Assembly: GCA_014728035.1 (NCBI GenBank)
Contig: WJMJ01000071.1
Span: 96,001-160,000 of the forward strand
Length of the DNA: 64,000 nucleotides
Direction of reading: 5' to 3'
Source of the DNA: Promethearchaeota archaeon
Lineage (GTDB): Archaea; Asgardarchaeota; Thorarchaeia; Thorarchaeales; Thorarchaeaceae
A program made the translations under genes and the position numbers. The notes under the pieces were generated by a model. It was not told where the DNA came from, did no database searches, and saw only the letters and a list, made by a program, of their open reading frames with translations. Shown here in pieces: positions 57,601-64,000 of this stretch (positions are counted from its first letter, which is position 1; the number at the start of each line of letters is the position of its first letter).

Positions 57601-60600
57601 ATGGGGAGTTTGGGTGATTGAATTCGAAAGTATGAATTATATTCTCGATGCAAAAATTGGGCATCAAAGTCAGACGCTTGGCAATACTGATATCTTCGAT
57701 ATCAATGATGTTTTCGAGATGCAAGCAACCACTCCTTGGATAACTGACTCACGAGTTGGTCTAGTGTTGACAGATCCAACTGGTTCTCAGTGGCATACTG
57801 ATTATGCAACTACTACTGGCACTCCCACTCATCAGATTCCCTCATTCCAGTACCGTAAATCAATTACAGTTTCTTCATCCGAAGTAGATGCTGACCTTAC
57901 TAATTACCCAATGCTTGTAGATATACTCGACTCAGATTTGTACGACACTTCAAAAGTCCAATCAGATGGTGATGATATTGTTTTTGTATCTGCAAATGGT
58001 GATATCCTTCCTCATGAGATTGAATTTTGGAATCAAGATGTTGGAGGTAGTCAAGCCCAACTTGTAGCATGGGTTAAGACCAATCTATCCAGTACCTCGG
58101 ACACGACGATATACATGTACTATGGCAATCCATTTGTTGGGCCGCAAGAACAACCTGATGATGTATGGACTGAAGGTCACGCTGCTGTTTGGCATTTAGG
58201 TGAGAATACGATAGATGAGGAAACAACGGCAATTCATTACGACTCTACTACTGGAGGTTATGACGGTAATCAAATTGGTAACGTAAGAGCAGATGGTATA
58301 TCTGGTTACTCTCAGTCATTTGCCACAGATGATTGGATTGAGATCAATGATACTGAAAACTTAGACCCATCTGATGATGTGACAATCTCTGGTTGGTTCT
58401 ATTTGAGTAGTTCTTTCAGCTCTACTTCACCAACGACTCAGGTAATTATGGAGAAGTACATCTCTAATGATGACGATATGCTAATTGCACTTGTGGGAAC
58501 CGATTATGGCAATAGTGTGCCTGATGGTAGTCTTGTATTCAAAGTAGAAAATTCTGATGGCGGCTATATGTACAAATACAGTCAGAGAACTGCTTGGTCT
58601 CCAGGTTGGTATCATTTTGCTTGTATTTTGGACTCTGATAATCCTGTAAACAATAAGATTTTCGTCAATGGTGCTGATAACACAAATGCCGGATATCTTG
58701 GTAGTAGCTCATATAATTCTCTCTCATTCTCAGGACACTGGGGTATTGGTGGGAGATATTCCGACACCCAGATTCCAGGTGGAGAGGGTTTCTTCAATGG
58801 ACGAATTGACCAAGTTGAAGTTTCAAATGGTATTCGTTCAGATGCTTGGATTGCTGCTCAGTATAGTAATCTCTATACATCCAGTACTTTTCGAACTATT
58901 GGAAGTGAACAGAGTAGGACTTCTCCCGATTTGACCCTTACAAAAACTATAGACTCTACTGCTCCTGCTGGTGTATGGACAGCTTCTGTTTACTACAATG
59001 ATACTGGTGTGTCTGTGACTAATGCTACCGGTTTAATAGAGAGAGAATTCATCGTCCAGCATGATACAACTCTCACTATAGTTGACCCATACGATGCTGT
59101 ATCAGATAGAACTTCACTACGATTAGCTGGGGATTTACTTGAAGTAGAGCTCAATCTCACTGATGATATTACTTCGGGGAGTGTCACTGGAGCTACAGTC
59201 ACTATGAATTGGACTCAGAGTAGCTCTCCTATTGAGATTACTCTTGACGATTATGGCGATGGTTCATACGGAGTTGTCCTGAATACATCCGATTTAGGAA
59301 CTGCTCAACGTTGGAGGATTAATATTGCTTCATACCATCCCTATTACAATAATGCGACAGAATACTTTGATTTAGATTTATACCATGAGACGAAATTGAC
59401 TTATCTAAATGTGACATCAACACCAATTGGTTTTGATTCAACAGCTACCCTTGTCTATTGGGATGTCTATGATGATGCACCTATCACAGGAGCGACAATT
59501 GCCTTTGAAAACGGAACTACAATCACAACAGATGCAGAAGGGAATGGATACTATAACATCTCTCTCGATTTGAATTATCTCGGACTTGGCAATCACTGGT
59601 TCGTATTTGACGCTTCTAAATCTGATTCTTTTATGGCTGATGCTGATACAAATGTCACATTTACTGTCAGGAAACACTATACTTCTGTTTCAGTACAGGG
59701 TGATTTTGTTACTCCGTTTGGGTTCAATACGAACGTGACTGTTGTCTTGATTGATATGGACACTGGAACCTCTTTATCAACAAGTGATGTTGCATCACTC
59801 AGTTTTAATTCAGTAAGTTATTCAGCACAAATTATTAATTTACCCGGATCTTTCGACCAGACCCTCACTACAAACACATGGGGTTTGGGCGATGAAACGG
59901 TTACCTTGTCGGTTTCTCTAGTAGATTCGATTTACTTCACTCCAGATGATTATGCTTTTACAGTAACCATACGCAAGCACTACACAACCGTGTCTGTTGT
60001 GGGAGATTTTCTTTCACCTTATGGATTCAATACATCAGTAACTATCATCCTAACTGATAGTGATACTGGGACTGCTGTAGCTTCCACAAACGTAAATTCC
60101 TTCACATTTACTCCTGCAGCAAATGACCCAGAAAGCGAATCAAATCCCTCTGATTACATATATGAGATGGATACAGACGGATGGGTTGTGGGTATAGATA
60201 CAGTCACTCTTACCGTAGATATGACTGGGTCAGACTACTTTGATCCAAATTCATTTGATTTTGATATTGAGATTCGGAAGCATTACACTTCTGTTACAAT
60301 TAGTGGTGATTTATCAACACCTTGGGGTCAAAATACAACTCTAACAATTTCATTGATTGATACTGATCTGGGTACTTCTGTTACTGTTGGAAATGTGGCA
60401 TCGTTTACATTCGATTCTGCTATCCCTTCATCTGAGGGTGAATCAAATCCATCAGACTATATCTATGAGTTGGATACAGATGGTTGGTCAGTAGGTATAG
60501 AAACTGTAACACTTACTGTCGATATGACAGGTTCAGATTACTTTGATCCTGATTCTTACAACTTCGATATCCAGATTAGAAACCATTACACTGCTGTGAC

Positions 60601-63600
60601 TGTAAAAGGTAACATGACTACACCAGCTGGAATGGATACAGACCTTATTGTTGAAGTTGTAGACCTTGATACTGGTACGGTTGTTTCCGTTCTGGATGTT
60701 AATTCATTCTCCATGTCTTGGACTGGAGACTCTCAGAACTTTGATGGTACAAGTTATAGTGTAACTTTACTCACTAACACATGGGCATTAGGCACTGAAA
60801 CTGTAACAATCACAGTAGATATGACAGGTTCGGATTACTTTGATCCCGATACATATGATTTTGATATCACCATTAGAAAACACTTTACGTCAGTAAGTGT
60901 TTCTGGAGATTATATTACTCCCTATGGTGAAACAACTGATGTCACCATAATCATCTATGATTCTGATACTGGCACTCAGCTTGCTGCAGGGGCTGCTTCT
61001 TGGTTCAATTTCACATGGACTGGTGGATTCTACGAACAGAATCCTGCATCGTCATTAACTGATACATTGCCAACCGATTCATGGTCGGTGAGTACTGTTA
61101 CTGTTACATTGGAGGTCTCAATGAGCGGATCCAACTATATGGACCCTGATTTCTTCTCATTTGATGTGACCATTAGAAAACACTATACTTCAGTAACTGT
61201 CACTGGTGATTTGACTTCTCCCTACGGGAATACAACTGACCTCACTGTCAAGATTACCGACTTGGATACTGGTACCCTTGTAACATACAATAATGTTGAT
61301 TGGCTCAATTTCACTTGGGCTACAAGTTTCCATGAAATAACAACAGTAAGTACTTTTGATATTACAATCGCTACAGATTCTTGGGTTGTAGGAGCTACTT
61401 CAGTAACGCTGAGTGTATCAATGGGTTCTTCGGATTATTTCAATCCAACTGATTATACATTTGACATTACAATACACAGTATTGAAACTGATTTATCAAA
61501 CGAATTCAATGATATGATTTTTCCAAATGGTGATGATTTCAATATCATTCTCCGTTTGAATATTACTGAACAAGGACAATACTATGGGAATCCCCTTACA
61601 GGACTAACTGCAACCAATTTCACAGTTAAGAATTCCACTGGGTCTTATGTATTCACATTGGAGCATCTCAATGATGGTAGATATAATTTGACCATAGCAG
61701 GAGGGTATTTCCCCGAGGGCCAGTACACGATTTATGTCGCTTTTGTATCAACTGATTCAAGATATAGATCTTCAAGTATCACCATCGTTTTCGAATATCG
61801 TCCTGCAAGAAGTGAGCTTTCATCTGGAGACCGCACTGTTACAACTCCTTATCAAACTGACTACACTGTCACACTCACATTCACAGATATTGATCGTGAT
61901 GAAGGTATCCTGGATGCTACAATTACCGCTGAAGGTGTAGAAATATACGGCCAGCAAAATCTTGGAAATGGACTTTATAGAATCACGGTGAACATCACTA
62001 GTCTAAGCAAAGGGACACACTACTATAATTTGACTGCTGATGCTGATGGTTATGAAAATCAGACTCTCAGCTTCACTGTCGTTATTAGAATTGCATATAC
62101 CTACGCAATTCCATCTACTGGAGCATTAGATATTCCTGTGGGCAATTCTCCAGTTTTCTATGTTGAATACTGGGATATAGACCGTGACATGGCAATTACA
62201 GGAGCAACAGTTGACCATAATTGGACAGAAACAATATCTGTCACTATGGTTGGTGAAGAGTATAAAATAACATTTACAACCTCTGACTCAGTAGATCTTG
62301 GTACTTATCTTGTGATGTTCAATTTCTCAAAAGGAGAGAACTACCAATTCGGGCTATTCAATCTTACAGTTGTTGTCCGAACTCACAATACAGACTTTCG
62401 TTTGGTTAGCGCCGTGGAGCCAACCGCATATAATGGGGAGATTGAAATCTCAGTATTTTATGGGGACTTGGATACTGCTGGTGCTGGAATTGTATCCAAT
62501 CTGATTAGTTACGAAGTTTGGAATGCTAGCATGCAGGTATCTGCAACGATGGTTAACGATACAACATTGGGTGCGGGGTATTACTTGATTACCATATCCG
62601 CATCACAATTTAATGGATTAGGCATTCAAGACTTCACAGTATATTTCAATTGGACTGGATCTGTGTATAAATTCCAAAATAAGACAGTAGGAGCTTCTGC
62701 AAATATCGTAGGAGAAGATTCACGGTACACATTGATTCTCTCATCAGAACCTACACCTTATCTCACTAATATGAGCTACACATTCTTCTATTCAAGGAGT
62801 AATGGTGATGGAATCATTAATGATACAGGTGATGTTCATATCAATGTAGTATTTACAGGGGAGTCAGTAGACCTATCCAAAGTTGATATCTGGGAAGTTG
62901 ACCAAACAAATAGCCCTGGAAATTACTCTGTTCGATTTAATACATCAATTTTCTCTCATACTGGACTAATCTACATGCGAGTATACATCAATTGGTCATA
63001 TGGAGTTGCACCATTCTATACTAATCGAACTGACACAATTTCTGTAAGAGTATTAGCACGAGATACATTGGTATCATTAGTACCAGCTTCAGCAACTCCA
63101 TACTCTGAAATTGCTTCATTTACATTCAATTATGAGGATGCACTGATTGACGAATCGATAGAAAACTCGACATCATTGAACATCTCTCTAAGTCTAAGTG
63201 AATACACTTTATCATATGAATTGACAACTCGAACCTTTACTGTTGAGTTCAATACAACTCAATTTGGAGGTCTCGGTCAGCAATCTTTCACACTTGATAT
63301 TGTGTGGTATGGCTCTCCATTCTATCAGAATAAAACTGGTAGAACCGTATTCGTAACCGTCACGACACGTGACACGGTGTTGGATTATCAATCTCCTGCA
63401 CCTACACCTTACATGGACAATGTAACATTTACTGTTACTTGGACTGATGTAACGGGTAGTTCTACAAGTGGTATCACTGGAGCTAATGTAACCCTGTATT
63501 ATCTTGGAGCTGAGATTTCAAGTAGTTATTACAAGGTGACGGAGGGAACTAATGGCGAATATACTATTGAACTAAATACAACATATTTCCTCACACCTGG

Positions 63601-64000
63601 CTCATATGTAATTACAGCTAACATGACATCATTAGAAATATACTATGATTCAGAAGATGCTGATAGAAGTTTGACGATAACAAAAAGAGTTACATCTCTG
63701 ACTTCAGATCCGTTCGACGCAGTCCCCTACAACTCATCTTTCACGGTTATCCTCTACTATCAAGACACACTTACCCTATCAGATATTGCAAACAATTCTG
63801 ATGTCTTCTTTACTATCGAAACTGCAGGATCTTGGCTCTACACAATCAACTGGATTGAAAGTAAAGGGTACTATGAACTTATTATCGAAACATATAATCA
63901 ACCTTCATTGGAGATTGGTGTTGAATATTCACTTCAATTAAATATGAGCTTCTCTTACGAGAGCCCATTCTATAATTGGGATGATACGACCATCACCTTT
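54641..64000 (+). CDS. Giant secreted/surface glycoprotein (>3,120 aa, truncated at right edge): 2x DUF2341 + LamG/ConA modules followed by Ig-like repeats
   Basis: Not in the ORF track, consistent with no stop inside the window; frame spot-checked at several points and at the end. GGAGG SD, signal peptide MRRASLVGLLIMLIFVIPV. DUF2341 motifs YKKDITI..LTDFPVLV..DGDDIAF (about 56237) and YRKSITV..LTNYPMLV..DGDDIVF (about 57851). LamG motifs WHHLVVTFD/FDGIIDEVRISNTARS. Many NxT/S sequons. Confidence 0.9.
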   Translation, partial: MRRASLVGLLIMLIFVIPVPSITTPAGTNYSESKTIQGTDSWSVADTTFTTGTGMPLSYSMIGTATNTYDGSMIIDSTSPSTTTVSLDDGWTGSGLETTVDTMVITDSDQLLNGDMNSYHTEKFLGTSFNSEDVLIPDNWALTKTDNSGTGHPHHGVFEFNSFSSSGYESTQGFRFDANWGASTSLSSTDSIYIGQMISAPYRELVSAEVQFYYRVDSVSDLNDQVYLVLRFGNYEYELHAFASGSTTDTWLSATVPIPISTIDAISLPDSILLEIGLATDLSGSQASARDAYVYVDSISVDLDVRPFPEQVGLTVNGTDVVGSEMYSISPFLPDGENRDGYDPDGSGFDLDGYNNDAVLSVGTWGTSWSDTSPYQIGLQFPLNIPSGAAITQAYIEVESAGVGTMSDMRLYLASRDSSLNDISAFTNGGAQLEDRLTFIDTSVDWSPSAWSYGERYYSPDFSALLQKGINENGWNAGDHVAIMLDFMYASSYQSYNDIKGSYGSFFDAHELARIYVEYIIPNAEDTVANLAYKKDITINSARVAATLTDFPVLVDIYDSDLKTDAQKDGDDIAFVQNGVQLAHEIEYYDHYYNSTHAHLIAWVNVPTLSGSSDTIIEMHYGDSEVGNLQNAAGVWNTGYESVWHMNNNLTAGQLIDSTENNYDGVSFDMAARNVTDGQIDGAYEFAGSSERAIVGQMDTDSWGAITLESWFYLDTDGDYRIISKEVGTGGGPHIFMIGVDNTQTLKVRIYTDGGNTDWNSPDDAISLSTWHHLVVTFDQSLSSNEVRVYLDGSYYYGEGNSGSTFDDSNTEVTIGDNSEGTRSFDGIIDEVRISNTARSSNWILTQFRNQDSPNSFLSVGSEQTNKDSYGSTETASLEFATSSTDPVSLETTASLTISGSGQSLDENMNTGTTFVVDNGTEYVNWTANVLISPPPNAASMNAYIDYPQTEWKPTSVTNPVGQSKTYGTDWTYTGGKLTIFADAVDIWGVWVIEFESMNYILDAKIGHQSQTLGNTDIFDINDVFEMQATTPWITDSRVGLVLTDPTGSQWHTDYATTTGTPTHQIPSFQYRKSITVSSSEVDADLTNYPMLVDILDSDLYDTSKVQSDGDDIVFVSANGDILPHEIEFWNQDVGGSQAQLVAWVKTNLSSTSDTTIYMYYGNPFVGPQEQPDDVWTEGHAAVWHLGENTIDEETTAIHYDSTTGGYDGNQIGNVRADGISGYSQSFATDDWIEINDTENLDPSDDVTISGWFYLSSSFSSTSPTTQVIMEKYISNDDDMLIALVGTDYGNSVPDGSLVFKVENSDGGYMYKYSQRTAWSPGWYHFACILDSDNPVNNKIFVNGADNTNAGYLGSSSYNSLSFSGHWGIGGRYSDTQIPGGEGFFNGRIDQVEVSNGIRSDAWIAAQYSNLYTSSTFRTIGSEQSRTSPDLTLTKTIDSTAPAGVWTASVYYNDTGVSVTNATGLIEREFIVQHDTTLTIVDPYDAVSDRTSLRLAGDLLEVELNLTDDITSGSVTGATVTMNWTQSSSPIEITLDDYGDGSYGVVLNTSDLGTAQRWRINIASYHPYYNNATEYFDLDLYHETKLTYLNVTSTPIGFDSTATLVYWDVYDDAPITGATIAFENGTTITTDAEGNGYYNISLDLNYLGLGNHWFVFDASKSDSFMADADTNVTFTVRKHYTSVSVQGDFVTPFGFNTNVTVVLIDMDTGTSLSTSDVASLSFNSVSYSAQIINLPGSFDQTLTTNTWGLGDETVTLSVSLVDSIYFTPDDYAFTVTIRKHYTTVSVVGDFLSPYGFNTSVTIILTDSDTGTAVASTNVNSFTFTPAANDPESESNPSDYIYEMDTDGWVVGIDTVTLTVDMTGSDYFDPNSFDFDIEIRKHYTSVTISGDLSTPWGQNTTLTISLIDTDLGTSVTVGNVASFTFDSAIPSSEGESNPSDYIYELDTDGWSVGIETVTLTVDMTGSDYFDPDSYNFDIQIRNHYTAVTVKGNMTTPAGMDTDLIVEVVDLDTGTVVSVLDVNSFSMSWTGDSQNFDGTSYSVTLLTNTWALGTETVTITVDMTGSDYFDPDTYDFDITIRKHFTSVSVSGDYITPYGETTDVTIIIYDSDTGTQLAAGAASWFNFTWTGGFYEQNPASSLTDTLPTDSWSVSTVTVTLEVSMSGSNYMDPDFFSFDVTIRKHYTSVTVTGDLTSPYGNTTDLTVKITDLDTGTLVTYNNVDWLNFTWATSFHEITTVSTFDITIATDSWVVGATSVTLSVSMGSSDYFNPTDYTFDITIHSIETDLSNEFNDMIFPNGDDFNIILRLNITEQGQYYGNPLTGLTATNFTVKNSTGSYVFTLEHLNDGRYNLTIAGGYFPEGQYTIYVAFVSTDSRYRSSSITIVFEYRPARSELSSGDRTVTTPYQTDYTVTLTFTDIDRDEGILDATITAEGVEIYGQQNLGNGLYRITVNITSLSKGTHYYNLTADADGYENQTLSFTVVIRIAYTYAIPSTGALDIPVGNSPVFYVEYWDIDRDMAITGATVDHNWTETISVTMVGEEYKITFTTSDSVDLGTYLVMFNFSKGENYQFGLFNLTVVVRTHNTDFRLVSAVEPTAYNGEIEISVFYGDLDTAGAGIVSNLISYEVWNASMQVSATMVNDTTLGAGYYLITISASQFNGLGIQDFTVYFNWTGSVYKFQNKTVGASANIVGEDSRYTLILSSEPTPYLTNMSYTFFYSRSNGDGIINDTGDVHINVVFTGESVDLSKVDIWEVDQTNSPGNYSVRFNTSIFSHTGLIYMRVYINWSYGVAPFYTNRTDTISVRVLARDTLVSLVPASATPYSEIASFTFNYEDALIDESIENSTSLNISLSLSEYTLSYELTTRTFTVEFNTTQFGGLGQQSFTLDIVWYGSPFYQNKTGRTVFVTVTTRDTVLDYQSPAPTPYMDNVTFTVTWTDVTGSSTSGITGANVTLYYLGAEISSSYYKVTEGTNGEYTIELNTTYFLTPGSYVITANMTSLEIYYDSEDADRSLTITKRVTSLTSDPFDAVPYNSSFTVILYYQDTLTLSDIANNSDVFFTIETAGSWLYTINWIESKGYYELIIETYNQPSLEIGVEYSLQLNMSFSYESPFYNWDDTTITF
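59669..61474 (+). repeat. Six tandem ~100-aa Ig-like repeats beginning R(K/N)H(Y/F)T
   Basis: Units start at 59669, 59972, 60275, 60578, 60875 and 61175 (spacings 303, 303, 303, 297, 300 nt); consensus RKHYTSVxVxGDxxTPxG..T..T..IxDxDTG...W.VG..TVTL.V.M.GSDYFDP..Y.FDI.I. Confidence 0.9.

Noticed and set aside
59669-61474. Periodic repeats as a CRISPR array or DGR template/variable repeat
   Set aside because: The ~300-nt period is in-frame and protein-coding with mostly synonymous divergence; there are no spacers, cas genes, reverse transcriptase or adenine-specific pattern.
1-64000. Selenocysteine/pyrrolysine read-through, tRNA, rRNA, transposases
   Set aside because: The TGA-ending ORFs checked terminate at expected family ends, and no convincing SECIS, cloverleaf, rRNA or transposase motif was recognised by eye. 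tRNAscan-SE and Infernal were not run.

Overview
Gene-dense, AT-rich archaeal chromosomal window, most likely from an Asgard archaeon (Thorarchaeia-like; an inference). Supporting evidence: an archaeal histone, eS25, archaeal-type GluRS, ThiI and AOR, plus eukaryotic-signature proteins (a longin-small GTPase fusion, a longin/winged-helix protein and an ESCRT-II EAP30/Vps22-36 domain). About 50 CDS were called. No rRNA, tRNA, CRISPR array or transposase was recognised. Two CDS are absent from the ORF track because they run off the window edges: a threonine synthase N-terminus (1-184, minus) and a >3,100-aa secreted DUF2341/LamG/Ig-repeat protein (54641 to end). Best candidates for undescribed biology: (1) two tandem DapA-type aldolase::formaldehyde-activating enzyme (Fae) fusions, one with an intact and one with a degenerate Fae domain; (2) a divergent locus of longin-GTPase, NPRL/DENN-like longin-WH protein and a multidomain Ig-EAP30 ESCRT-II protein; (3) a ChlI/ChlD-type AAA+/vWA gene split by a -1 slippery site whose frameshifted form gains a transmembrane hairpin; (4) eS25 fused to a charged linker and an HhH domain; (5) a large orphan gene pair with a Tyr-heptad/polyproline stalk; (6) several strongly base-paired intergenic elements. 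All family assignments come from motif recognition by eye, without database searches.
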